A DNA stretch of 64,000 bases, from contig NZ_JAVLFP010000060.1 of NCBI RefSeq assembly GCF_046052825.1, positions 87,355-151,354 of the forward strand. Direction: 5' to 3'. Position numbers and translations under genes: made by a program. The notes under the pieces were generated by a model. The model was given only the letters and a program-made list of their open reading frames with translations. It made no database searches and was not told the origin of the DNA. Positions 38,737 to 47,852 of the stretch are shown piece after piece. Position 1 is the first letter of the stretch; the number at the start of each line of letters is the position of its first letter. This DNA is from Limnohabitans sp. GTDB lineage: Bacteria; Pseudomonadota; Gammaproteobacteria; Burkholderiales; Burkholderiaceae_C.

Positions 38737-39528
38737 GTGTACGCATTCAACTTCGAACGTCCCAGCGCTTTGGCGCAAGCCGTGAGCCATCTGCAAGCCG
38801 GCGGTCAAGCCTTGGCTGGCGGCCAAACGCTGCTGGCCTCTATGAAACAGCGCCTGCTCGCGCCTGAACTGCTGGTGGACTTGGGCGCATTGCCCGAGCT
38901 CCAAGGCGTGTGCCAAGACGGCGACCACTTGGTCATCGGTGCCATGACGCGCCACCAAGACGTGGCCAGCAACGCCTTGGTGCGTCAGCACTTGCCTGCC
39001 TTAGCGGCACTGGCCAACGGCATTGGCGACAAACAAATTCGCGCCATGGGCACCTTGGGTGGCTCGGTCGCCAACAACGACCCTGCCGCCTGTTACCCCA
39101 GCGCGGTGCTGGCCTTGGGTGCCACCGTGGTCACGAACCAGCGCAGCATTGCCGCGGAAGACTTTTTTCAAGGCCTCTACAGCACGGCCTTGGAGCCGGG
39201 CGAGTTAGTTGTTGCCATCCGCTTCCCCCTGGCGCAGCGCGCGGCCTATGCCAAGTTCAAGCAGGCCGCCTCGCGCTTTGCCTTGGTGGGCGTGTTTGTG
39301 GCGCAAACCCAAGCCGGTGTGCGCGTGGCCATCACGGGCGCAGGCAACGGCGTGTTCCGCCATGCGGGCTTAGAAGCGGCGTTGACCCAAAGCTTCACGC
39401 CCGAGGCGGTGGCGCATGTGGCCATCGACGCGTCAGACCTGAACGGTGACTTGCACGCCAGCGCCGACTACCGTGCCCACTTGATCACGGTGCAAACCCA
39501 ACGTGCGGTGCGCCTGGCCCTGGCATGA
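38737..39528 (+). CDS. FAD-binding medium subunit (CoxM-like)
   Basis: 263 aa with a FAD-binding PCMH-type pattern (LAGGQTL, GTLGGSVANNDP). GTG start. Confidence 0.85.
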   Translation: MYAFNFERPSALAQAVSHLQAGGQALAGGQTLLASMKQRLLAPELLVDLGALPELQGVCQDGDHLVIGAMTRHQDVASNALVRQHLPALAALANGIGDKQIRAMGTLGGSVANNDPAACYPSAVLALGATVVTNQRSIAAEDFFQGLYSTALEPGELVVAIRFPLAQRAAYAKFKQAASRFALVGVFVAQTQAGVRVAITGAGNGVFRHAGLEAALTQSFTPEAVAHVAIDASDLNGDLHASADYRAHLITVQTQRAVRLALA

Positions 39529-40430
39529 GCGCAGCGGCAGCACTTGCCAGCATTGACGCACTGACCGAGGCCTTGGCCGCCCATGGCTACTGGGCCGACC
39601 GGCGCTTGGCCACCACGGTGTTTTTGGCGCTCAGCTTGCAGCGCCCCTTGTTGCTCGAAGGCGAGCCCGGCGTGGGCAAAACCGAGCTGGCCAAGGCCTT
39701 GTCCAAGGTGTTGGCGCGTCCGCTGATTCGCTTGCAGTGTTACGACGGCATCGAACAGCGCGAAACCCTGTACGAGTGGAACCACGCCGCCCAGCTCTTG
39801 CACATGCGCGCCGCGCACGACAGCGCCACGCCCGAGCAGCTGGAGCGCGAGATTTACCAAGAGCGCTACCTGATTCGCCGCCCGCTGTTGCAAGCCTTGC
39901 AAACCCCGGCCCCGGGTGCGGTGCTGCTGATCGACGAAGTAGACCGCGCCGACGAGCCCTTTGAAGCGTTTTTGTTGGAGTATTTGGGCGAGTACCAAAT
40001 CAGCATCCCCGAGCTGGGCACGGTCACAGCGCAGGTGCCGCCCATCACGCTGCTGACCAGCAACCGCACCCGTGAGCTCAACGATGCGGTCAAGCGCCGC
40101 TGCCTCTACCACTGGATGGACTACCCCGAACGCGCGCGCGAGTTGGCCATTTTGCGGGCCCAGGTGCCGCAAGCCAGCCAGCAACTGACCCAGCAGGTGA
40201 GCGACTTTGTGGCCCAGCTGCGCAGCCAGGCCCTGGCCGCGCACTTTGCCCGCGTGCCCGGCATTGCCGAGAGCGTGGAATGGGCCAAGGCCTTGGTCGC
40301 TTTGCACACCACTGCGCTCGATGCCACACGGGTGCAAGACACTGCTGGCCTGTTGTTCAAGCAGCGCGAAGACGTGGTGGCCCTCAACGACCTGTTGGCG
40401 CAGCTGCTCAGCCCCACGGCCCACGGCTAA
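39525..40430 (+). CDS. MoxR-family AAA+ ATPase (CoxD-like)
   Basis: 301 aa with Walker [15 protein letters not shown] and Walker B LLIDEVDRA. ATGA overlap with the preceding gene. Confidence 0.85.
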   Translation: MSAAAALASIDALTEALAAHGYWADRRLATTVFLALSLQRPLLLEGEPGVGKTELAKALSKVLARPLIRLQCYDGIEQRETLYEWNHAAQLLHMRAAHDSATPEQLEREIYQERYLIRRPLLQALQTPAPGAVLLIDEVDRADEPFEAFLLEYLGEYQISIPELGTVTAQVPPITLLTSNRTRELNDAVKRRCLYHWMDYPERARELAILRAQVPQASQQLTQQVSDFVAQLRSQALAAHFARVPGIAESVEWAKALVALHTTALDATRVQDTAGLLFKQREDVVALNDLLAQLLSPTAHG

Positions 40431-40447
40431 TTTCACCCACCACCCAC

Positions 40448-41605
40448 ATGTTGGCGCTTGAGAACCTGGCCGCGTTTGCACGGGCTTTGCAGCGCGCGGC
40501 TGTGCCCATCGACTGCACCCGCGTGGCCTTGGCCGCCCAAGCCGCGGTGCAGGTGGGCGTGGTCCGCAAAGAAGACCTGCGCTTTGCACTCGAAGTCGTG
40601 CTGGTGTCACGGCCCCAAGACCGGGCTGTGTTTGAAGCGGTGTTTGACGCTTTTTTTCGTGCACCTGGCGAGGCCTCGGCGCTCTCGCTGGCAGCGGATG
40701 TATCGCCCTCAGACGGTGACCCACCGCCAGCTTCTGCGGCGCAGCGCCGTGCGCAAGAGGCCTTGGCCACACCCGCCGTGGCGCAGCCCCTGCACGACAC
40801 GCCGGGTACGCCAGACGACGACCCCTTGGCGCTGCGCGCCAGTGCCTATGCGCGTTTGCGCCAAGCCGATTTCGCAAGCTTGAGCGCCCAAGATGCGCGC
40901 CACATGCAGCGTTTGTTGCGCGAGGTACGCCTGGACCTGCCGCAAGTGCGGGGTCGGCGTTTGGCCGCCAGCGGGCAGGGCACGCGGCTCGACTGGGCCC
41001 GCGCCATGGAATGGGCGGCACGCCACGACGGTGAGCTGGTGCGCCTGCCGCATTTGCAACGGCGCCAACAAGCCTTGCCCTTGCTCATCTTGGTGGATGT
41101 GTCGGGCTCGATGGCGGTGTATGCGCGCTGGCTGCTGGCGTTCTTGCACCAGGCCACACGCAAGGTGCCGCGTGCAGTGTTTGCCTTTGGCACCCAGTTG
41201 ACCGACTTGAGCGCCGCTTTTCGCCAGCCCGACACCGACACCATGTTGGAGACGGTCAACCGCACCGTCACCGACTATGGCTCGGGCACCCGCCTGGGCG
41301 ACGCTGTGCAAGGCTTGCTGACACAGCACGCACGCCAGCTGGTGGGGCGGCGTACCGTGGTGCTGCTCATCACCGATGGCTTGGACACCGGCGAGCCCGA
41401 GGTGCTGGAGCGAGCCATGCGCGAGCTCAAGCGGCGCACGCGGCGCGTCTTGTGGTTGAATCCTCTGCTGCGCTTTGCGGGCTACACGCCCACAGCGCGC
41501 GGCCCCGAGGTGTTGAACCGGTGTGTCGATGGCCTATTGCCCATCCACAACCTCAACAGCCTCGAAGACCTGGCGCACGCTGTGGCCCAGGTGGTGCAAC
41601 ACTGA
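40448..41605 (+). CDS. VWA-domain protein (CoxE-like)
   Basis: Start set at ATG 40448. MIDAS motif LILVDVSGSM lies in the C-terminal VWA domain. Confidence 0.8.
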   Translation: MLALENLAAFARALQRAAVPIDCTRVALAAQAAVQVGVVRKEDLRFALEVVLVSRPQDRAVFEAVFDAFFRAPGEASALSLAADVSPSDGDPPPASAAQRRAQEALATPAVAQPLHDTPGTPDDDPLALRASAYARLRQADFASLSAQDARHMQRLLREVRLDLPQVRGRRLAASGQGTRLDWARAMEWAARHDGELVRLPHLQRRQQALPLLILVDVSGSMAVYARWLLAFLHQATRKVPRAVFAFGTQLTDLSAAFRQPDTDTMLETVNRTVTDYGSGTRLGDAVQGLLTQHARQLVGRRTVVLLITDGLDTGEPEVLERAMRELKRRTRRVLWLNPLLRFAGYTPTARGPEVLNRCVDGLLPIHNLNSLEDLAHAVAQVVQH

Positions 41606-41624
41606 ACCGTGAACGGAGAATGAG

Positions 41625-42215
41625 ATGGACATGCAAGGAAGCCGCACCCTGGCGGTGACGCAACAACAAGCCTGGGACGCGCTCAACAACCCCGGGGTGC
41701 TCAAGCGCTGCATCCCAGGGTGCGACAAATTCGAGGCCTCAGGTGACAACCGCTACACCGTGGGCGTGGCGATCAAGATTGGCCCGGTGTCCGCCAAGTT
41801 CTCGGGCTCGGTCCAGCTCAACGACATCGTGCCACCGCACAGCTACGCTTTGCAGTTCGACGCCCAAGGCGGTGTGGCCGGTTTTGGCAAAGGCGATTGC
41901 AAGGTGGAACTCAAACCCTTGGACGCAGGCTGCGAGCTGCACTACACCGTGCATTCGCGCATCGGCGGCAAGCTGGCGCAAATGGGCCAGCGCTTGATCG
42001 ACGGCGCTGCCAAGTCGCTGATCGAAGACTTTTTCAGCCGCTTTGAACAGGTGTTGAAAGATGACGCAGCCTCTGCTGACGCTCAAGGCAACGCATCCGA
42101 TGACGCCAGTGCCGTGGCAGCACAGGCTGCGTCTGCACCCACCACCTCGGTGCCCGTGTGGGTCTGGGTGGCCGGTGCTTTGCTGCTGGCTGCAGCGGTT
42201 TACGTGCTGCGCTGA
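41625..42215 (+). CDS. SRPBCC-fold CoxG-like protein with C-terminal hydrophobic anchor
   Basis: 196 aa with a CoxG-type N-terminal ~145 aa, an Ala/Ser/Asp-rich linker, then a predicted TM segment VPVWVWVAGALLLAAAVYVL. Confidence 0.75.
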   Translation: MDMQGSRTLAVTQQQAWDALNNPGVLKRCIPGCDKFEASGDNRYTVGVAIKIGPVSAKFSGSVQLNDIVPPHSYALQFDAQGGVAGFGKGDCKVELKPLDAGCELHYTVHSRIGGKLAQMGQRLIDGAAKSLIEDFFSRFEQVLKDDAASADAQGNASDDASAVAAQAASAPTTSVPVWVWVAGALLLAAAVYVLR

Positions 42216-43192
42216 AGCAGCTGGGCGGCGTTGCCACCGGCGACTGCCGCCAAATCGTCGCCGTGCAGCCCGGCTTCTTGCAGCCAAGCCACGGGGTCGG
42301 CCTCACCCACGGGGTAGTCGCTGCCCATGACCAAGCGGTCCACTCCCACGCGGTCGATCAGCACCTGCAACACCTGCGGGTCGTACACGCAGGTGTCGTA
42401 GTAAAAGCGGCGCAAAAACGCGCTCGGGCTCTGCCCATCCATGTGACGTACGGTGTCCGGGCGGTTGGCCGTGTTGCGGTCTAAGCGGCCCATGTAGTGC
42501 GCAAAGTAACCGCCGCCGTGGGCCATCACCACCTTGAGGTGGGGGTGGCGTGTCATCACGCCTTCGTAAATCAGCGAGGCCATGCACTTGGTTTCTTCAA
42601 TCGATTGGCCCAGCGAGTTCCACAACGCATAGCGCTGAAACCAGGGGTCGCTCACGCCTTCGGGGTGAATCCACGCGGTCAACTGGTGCGCGTCCAGCAA
42701 GGCCCAAAACGGGTGGTACAGCGGGTCGCCCATGTACACGCCTTGGTAGCTGGACGACATGTTCACCACCTGCAAGCCCAGCTGGCTGCTGGCGCGTTCC
42801 AGCTCTTGCATGGCGAGTTGCGGGTCTTGCAGCGGCAACACCATGCTGCCAATGAAGCGCTCGGGGTACAGCGCCACCCAACGCGCGGCTTGGTCGTTGC
42901 AGCGCTGACACAGCCTCAAGTCGGTGGCCGCATCGGCCCACGAGGTGCCTTGCAGCACCGTGCTGGCGCTGACCACCGAGCGGTCGATGCCGCGTGCGTC
43001 CATGTCTTGCAAGATCGCCTGGGGGTCAAACATCTTGCCCATCAAGGCCTGTGCGCCCGGGCGCGGCGCTTTGGCCGGCGTAGCCCCAAAGCCGGTGAAC
43101 ACCGTGCGGTTGGTGGAGGCCTCAAACACCTCGTGTTCCAACATGTGCACGTGAAAGTCGATGACCAGAGGAGGGCGTTCGGTGTGGGGCAT
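42200..43192 (-). CDS. amidohydrolase-2 (ACMSD/LigW-like decarboxylase/hydratase) family protein
   Basis: Start set at ATG 43192 (MPHTERPPLVIDFHVHM). Metal-ligand HxH, later AHGGG and GSDYP motifs. Confidence 0.8.
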   Translation of the reverse strand: MPHTERPPLVIDFHVHMLEHEVFEASTNRTVFTGFGATPAKAPRPGAQALMGKMFDPQAILQDMDARGIDRSVVSASTVLQGTSWADAATDLRLCQRCNDQAARWVALYPERFIGSMVLPLQDPQLAMQELERASSQLGLQVVNMSSSYQGVYMGDPLYHPFWALLDAHQLTAWIHPEGVSDPWFQRYALWNSLGQSIEETKCMASLIYEGVMTRHPHLKVVMAHGGGYFAHYMGRLDRNTANRPDTVRHMDGQSPSAFLRRFYYDTCVYDPQVLQVLIDRVGVDRLVMGSDYPVGEADPVAWLQEAGLHGDDLAAVAGGNAAQLLQRST

Positions 43193-43353
43193 GGCGGGCA
43201 AAGTAGACAAGGGGTGGAAGCAAAAGATGAGGAGGGGATTTTCAATCACGGCGCTGGGTGAATGGCGTTTTTTCCAACGCATGTGACAAATCATCCTGAG
43301 GTCTTCGCCGACAATCGTCTCCAAAATATCAGGTCAAAAAAGGAGATACCCCC

Positions 43354-44325
43354 ATGCGATCACGCCTTGTTGCTGCCTGTCTGGCATTCACATCCTGGGC
43401 CTTGCCCCACGGTGCTGCCCTGGCACAAGACTTTCCCAACAAGCCCATCCGCATTGTCGTGGGGCAGGGCGCGGGTGGGGGCATGGACACCCTGGCGCGC
43501 TTGGTGGGGCAACGGCTGTCCAACAGCTTGGGCCAGCCGGTGCTGGTGGAAAACAAGGTGGGGGCGGGTGGCATCATCGCCACCGACTTTGTGGCCAAGG
43601 CTCCGCCCGATGGCTACAGCTTGCTGATGGGGCCAATTGGCAACATGGTGTTCACCCCGGTGATGACGCCCAAGCTGCGTTACTCACCCACCAAAGACTT
43701 CACCCCCGTGTCGCTGGTGGCCACCTTTCCTTTGGTGCTGGTGGTCAGTGCCAAACAAAACATCCAGACCGTGCCCGAGTTGGTGGCCTTCATGAAAGCC
43801 AATCCCGCCAAGTCCAACTACGGGGGCTCGGGCCCGGCGTTTCAGTTCGCGTCCGAGTTGTTCCGCCTCAAAACCGGCACACCGGGCGAGTTCATCCAGT
43901 ACAAGAGTATGAGCGAGACCATCACCGGCTTGATTGCCGGCGACTTGCTCATGTCGATGGTCGACACCGGACCTGCCACACCGGCCATTGCCGCTGGGCA
44001 GTTGCGTGCCTTGGCCGTGACCTCACCCACGCGCTTGGCCGCGCTGCCCCAAGTGCCCACCATGGCCGAGCTGGGGCTGCCCGAGGTGGGCTTTCGGTTT
44101 TGGACTGGCTTGTTCGCGCCTGCGGGTACGCCCGAGCCGGTGGTGAAAAAGCTCGAAGCAGAGATCAACCGCGTCTTGAAACTCCCTGAGGTGGCCAGCC
44201 AAATGGCGACCATGCAGGTCACGCCCACCGGCAGCACCTCGGCCGAACTGGGCAAGTTGGTGGTGCAAGACCTGGCCCGTTGGGGCGCGGTCGCCGAGGT
44301 GGCGAAAATCAAAGCGCCCGAATAA
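43354..44325 (+). CDS. Bug/TctC-family periplasmic binding protein
   Basis: Signal peptide, then FPNKPIRIVVGQGAGGGMDTLARLV. Confidence 0.85.
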   Translation: MRSRLVAACLAFTSWALPHGAALAQDFPNKPIRIVVGQGAGGGMDTLARLVGQRLSNSLGQPVLVENKVGAGGIIATDFVAKAPPDGYSLLMGPIGNMVFTPVMTPKLRYSPTKDFTPVSLVATFPLVLVVSAKQNIQTVPELVAFMKANPAKSNYGGSGPAFQFASELFRLKTGTPGEFIQYKSMSETITGLIAGDLLMSMVDTGPATPAIAAGQLRALAVTSPTRLAALPQVPTMAELGLPEVGFRFWTGLFAPAGTPEPVVKKLEAEINRVLKLPEVASQMATMQVTPTGSTSAELGKLVVQDLARWGAVAEVAKIKAPE

Positions 44326-44343
44326 AAAAACCGAGAACGTCAC

Positions 44344-45375
44344 ATGTCCCCTGTTTCTGCGTGCCACGGCACATGCTGCGGTGTTGATGTGCATGCGCAC
44401 GTCATCCCCGCCGAATTTCCCCGCTACTTGGGCGATGTGGTGCCCAAGGGCTGGCCCTCGATGGCGCTGGGCGAGAACTGCCACCGCCACGTCATGATCG
44501 ACGGCAAGAACTACCGCACCGTGTCTGACAAATGCTGGACCACCTCCAAGCGCTTGGCCGACTTCACCGAGATGGGCCTGGCCCAGCAAGCTGTGTCTCC
44601 CATGCCCGAGTTGCTGTCGTACTGGCTGGAGCCTGTGGCCGCGCAGCAGCTGATTCGCTACTTGAACGACCACATCGCCCTCATGGTGGCCGAGTCGTCG
44701 GGGCAACTGCTGGGCTTGGGCGCGGTGCCTTTGCAGCACATGGACATGGCGCTGCAAGAGTTGCAGTACATCAAACACTCGCTGGGGCTGTCGGGCGTGG
44801 AGATTGGCAGCAACATCAACGGTGTGGTGGTGGGGGACCCCAAGCTAGAGCCGTTCTTTGAAGCCTGTGAGGCGTTGGACTTGGCGGTGTTTGTGCATGC
44901 GGTGCGCCCCACCGGCATGGACCGTTTGGTGGGCCCTGCGCCGCTGCAACAAATCTTGGCCTACCCGTCTGACGTGGGCTTGGCCGCCGCCTCGGTGCTG
45001 ACCAGCCAGCTCATGCTGCGCCGACCCAAACTGCGCATCGCGTTCAGCCATGGCGGGGGCACCTTGCCCATGCTGTTGCCGCGCTTGGAGCAGTCGATGT
45101 CGGTGTTCCCGGCTGTGCGTGAGGCGGTGGGCGTGTCGCCCAGCCAGCAGGTCAAGTCCTTGTACTTTGACACCTTGGTGTTTGACACGCCCACGCTGCG
45201 ACACTTGGTGCATACCTACGGCGCGAGCCAATTGATGATTGGCACCGACTATCCGTTCAATTTCCATGATCGCACCCCCGTGCAACGCATTCAGGATGCG
45301 GGCTTCGATGACGCGGTGGTGCAACAACTGGTGGCTGGCAACGCCCAGCGTTTTCTGTCTTTGACTTCTCACTGA
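44344..45375 (+). CDS. ACMSD-like amidohydrolase-2 family decarboxylase
   Basis: 343 aa, colinear with 2-amino-3-carboxymuconate-semialdehyde decarboxylase as I recall it (VDVHAHVIP, CW...R, YW, LGAVPLQ, FVH, FSHGGG, YFDTLVFD, GTDYPF, AGNAQRFL). Confidence 0.8.
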   Translation: MSPVSACHGTCCGVDVHAHVIPAEFPRYLGDVVPKGWPSMALGENCHRHVMIDGKNYRTVSDKCWTTSKRLADFTEMGLAQQAVSPMPELLSYWLEPVAAQQLIRYLNDHIALMVAESSGQLLGLGAVPLQHMDMALQELQYIKHSLGLSGVEIGSNINGVVVGDPKLEPFFEACEALDLAVFVHAVRPTGMDRLVGPAPLQQILAYPSDVGLAAASVLTSQLMLRRPKLRIAFSHGGGTLPMLLPRLEQSMSVFPAVREAVGVSPSQQVKSLYFDTLVFDTPTLRHLVHTYGASQLMIGTDYPFNFHDRTPVQRIQDAGFDDAVVQQLVAGNAQRFLSLTSH

Positions 45376-45387
45376 AAGCGGCTTTCT

Positions 45388-46293
45388 ATGTCCCATGCTT
45401 CTTCTCGCATCAGCGCCTTGCGCAGCGCGGCCCTGAATGTGCCCGACCTGCAGCTGGCCGAAGATTTTTTCACCCGCACTTGGCACCTGACGGTGGCAGA
45501 CCGTGCCCCTGGCGTGGTGTACTTGCGCGGCACAGGTCAAGACCACCACCTGCTGGCGCTGCACCAAGGCGGTGAACACGCACAGATCAAGCACATCAGC
45601 TTGCGTGCCCACAGCGAGAGCGCGCTGCACGAAGCCGCCACATTGGTGGTGCAGCATGGGGGCCGAGTGGTCAAACCCGTGTCACCTAGCGCAGAACCTG
45701 CAGGCGGCACCTCACTCACCATCGCCGACCCCCACGGACGCATTTTTGAATTGGTCTTCGGAGACGCTTTGCGCACCACGCTGACCGAAGCAGCCGACCA
45801 TCCCATCCGTCTGGCCCACGTGGTGCTCAACACCCATGATGTGCCAGCCAGCCAAGAATTTTTAGCCCAGGTGCTGGACTTTTCCTTGTCAGACCGCACC
45901 AAGATCATGGCCTTCATGCGTTGCAACAGCGACCACCACAGCATTGCCTTGGGCGACACCGACAACGACGCCTTGAACCACATCGCCTTCTTGATGCCCG
46001 ATTTGGAGTCTGTCATGCGCGGCGGTGGCCGCATGCGCGACGCGGGCTATGGCATCGAGTGGGGTCCAGGCCGCCATGGCCCTGGCAACAACGCCTTCAA
46101 TTACTTTGTGGGCCCCTTCGATCTGGTGATCGAGTACACCGCCGATGTGCAGCAAATCGACGACAGCTACAAAGTGGGTCAACCTTCGGATTGGAAATGG
46201 CCCGAAGGCCGTGTGGACCATTGGGGCATCTCTCAGCCCCCCAGCGCCAAGCTCAAAGAAGCCCAGCGTGCCGTGTTGTTTGAAAACGTTTGA
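45388..46293 (+). CDS. two-domain VOC-superfamily extradiol ring-cleavage dioxygenase-like protein
   Basis: 301 aa made of two tandem VOC modules. The C-terminal module carries His/Glu-type ligand context (LAHVVLNT..., NHIAFLM..., VIEYTA). Confidence 0.7.
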   Translation: MSHASSRISALRSAALNVPDLQLAEDFFTRTWHLTVADRAPGVVYLRGTGQDHHLLALHQGGEHAQIKHISLRAHSESALHEAATLVVQHGGRVVKPVSPSAEPAGGTSLTIADPHGRIFELVFGDALRTTLTEAADHPIRLAHVVLNTHDVPASQEFLAQVLDFSLSDRTKIMAFMRCNSDHHSIALGDTDNDALNHIAFLMPDLESVMRGGGRMRDAGYGIEWGPGRHGPGNNAFNYFVGPFDLVIEYTADVQQIDDSYKVGQPSDWKWPEGRVDHWGISQPPSAKLKEAQRAVLFENV

Positions 46294-46295
46294 AG

Positions 46296-47834
46296 ATGAG
46301 TGTTGACATGTTTGATGTGGCGATTGTGGGTTTGGGCCCAACGGGTGCGGTGGCAGCGGGTTTGTTAGGGGGGCGTGGCGTCAAGGTGTGGGTGGGCGAC
46401 CGTTTGCACGATGTGTACGACAAGCCTCGCGCCATTGCCTTGGACCACGAAATCATGCGGGTCTTCCAAGAGCTGAATTTGGTGGACGCCATCGCGTCCT
46501 TCACCGAGCCCTTCACCAACTCTGAGTTCTTTGGGGTTGACGGCCAGTTGATCAAGTGCATGTCCACCGTGGCCGAGCCTTATCCGCTGGCCTACACGCC
46601 CTCGTTGGTGTTCAGCCAGCCGCCGGTCGAAGCGGCCATGCGCGCCCATCTGAGCAGCCTGCCCAACGTCACGGTCTCGCTGGGTCAAACGGTCACCGCC
46701 GTCACGCAAGACAGCGCAGCGGCCACGCTGACGGTGGTGGACGCGCAAGGCCACAGCAGCCAAGTGCAAGCGCGTTACGTCATTGGCTGCGACGGTGCGT
46801 CGAGCTTTGTGCGCAGCCAAGTGGGCGTGACGCTGCAAGACCTGGGCTTTGACGAGCCCTGGCTGGTGGTGGACGTGTTGGTCAACGAACAGGGTTTGAA
46901 AAAGCTGCCCAAAACCAGTGTGCAGTACTGCGAGCCTGAACGTCCTTGCACGCTGGTGATTGGGCCGAAGAACCACCGCCGCTGGGAGATTTCGATCAAC
47001 CCCGGCGAAGACCCGCAACACTTGGCCACGCCTGAAGGCACCTGGCCTTTGCTGGCGCGTTGGCTCACGCCGGACGACGCCACGCTGTGGCGCCAAGCGA
47101 GTTACCGCTTCCATGCTTTGGTGGCCCAAGACTGGCGCCAAGGCCGCGTGTTCTTGGCCGGAGACGCTGCGCACCAACAGCCGCCGTTTTTGGGCCAAGG
47201 CATGTGCCAAGGCATACGCGATGCAGCCAACTTGAGCTGGAAGCTGGCCGAGGTCTTGGCCGGGCGTGCCCAAGACAGCTTGCTCGACACCTACGGACAA
47301 GAGCGCAAAGCCCACGTGACCGAGTTGACCCGACGCATCAAAGGCATTGGCCAGTTGGTGGGCCAGCGTGATGTGGCCAAAGCCCGTGAGCGCGATGCCC
47401 ATTTGTTGGCCGAGTGCGGGGGCGTGGTTCAACCCATGCCACGGCAAAACGTGCAACCCGCACTGGCCGATGGCTGCTTGGTACCCGGCACTGCGGCTGT
47501 TGGTACGCTGTTTCCCCAGGCCTGGTGGCAGCAAGGCGCGCACAAGCTGCGCATGGACTCGGTGCTGGGCACGGGCTGGCGCGTGTTCTTGGCTGCCAGT
47601 GCCGATGCGGGCTGTGAGGCCGCCTTGGCCGCCGTGCCTGCATCGCTCCAACTCAAGGTCATTCGCTTGGGCACCCCTGAGGCACCCGAGTGCGATGGTG
47701 TGCTCGCCCACTGGTTCACCACCCAGGGCTGTCAGGCCGCTTGGGTGCGCCCCGACCACTATGTGTTTGCCACCGCCAACACTGCCTCAGAACTCACCCC
47801 ACAGCTGCACACCCTGCGCACTTTCTTTTCATAA
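46296..47834 (+). CDS. FAD-dependent aromatic monooxygenase (MhpA / 3-hydroxyphenylpropionate hydroxylase-like)
   Basis: GxGxxG DVAIVGLGPTG, DG motif IGCDGASS and FAD fingerprint GDAAHQQPPFLGQGMCQGIRDAANLSWKL. Candidate starts are TTG 46290, ATG 46296 and ATG 46308. Confidence 0.85.
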   Translation: MSVDMFDVAIVGLGPTGAVAAGLLGGRGVKVWVGDRLHDVYDKPRAIALDHEIMRVFQELNLVDAIASFTEPFTNSEFFGVDGQLIKCMSTVAEPYPLAYTPSLVFSQPPVEAAMRAHLSSLPNVTVSLGQTVTAVTQDSAAATLTVVDAQGHSSQVQARYVIGCDGASSFVRSQVGVTLQDLGFDEPWLVVDVLVNEQGLKKLPKTSVQYCEPERPCTLVIGPKNHRRWEISINPGEDPQHLATPEGTWPLLARWLTPDDATLWRQASYRFHALVAQDWRQGRVFLAGDAAHQQPPFLGQGMCQGIRDAANLSWKLAEVLAGRAQDSLLDTYGQERKAHVTELTRRIKGIGQLVGQRDVAKARERDAHLLAECGGVVQPMPRQNVQPALADGCLVPGTAAVGTLFPQAWWQQGAHKLRMDSVLGTGWRVFLAASADAGCEAALAAVPASLQLKVIRLGTPEAPECDGVLAHWFTTQGCQAAWVRPDHYVFATANTASELTPQLHTLRTFFS

Positions 47835-47852
47835 AAAAACCGGAGACTTCCC

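Noticed and set aside
35931-38750. A 939-aa minus-strand ORF spanning the whole coxL-like and coxS-like genes.
   Set aside because: It is an antisense shadow of very GC-rich coding sequence. Its product is Arg/Gly/Ala/His/Val-rich with no recognisable motif and no SD or start context. The plus-strand genes carry unambiguous Mo-hydroxylase and 2Fe-2S motifs.
39468-41021. A 517-aa minus-strand ORF opposite the coxD/coxE-like genes. Similar long antisense ORFs lie at 46365-47759, 49217-50383, 53552-54814, 56078-57688 and 60329-61885.
   Set aside because: Each lies opposite a gene with clear family motifs (Walker A/VWA MIDAS, FAD fingerprints, AMP-binding motifs, signal peptides). Each has the low-complexity Arg/Gly/His/Ala composition typical of GC-rich antisense frames.
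39525-41605. The MoxR ATPase plus VWA protein pair considered as an independent, possibly defence-related, system.
   Set aside because: Their position immediately after coxLSM-like genes and before a coxG-like gene matches the established coxD/coxE maturation-factor arrangement of Mo-hydroxylase clusters.
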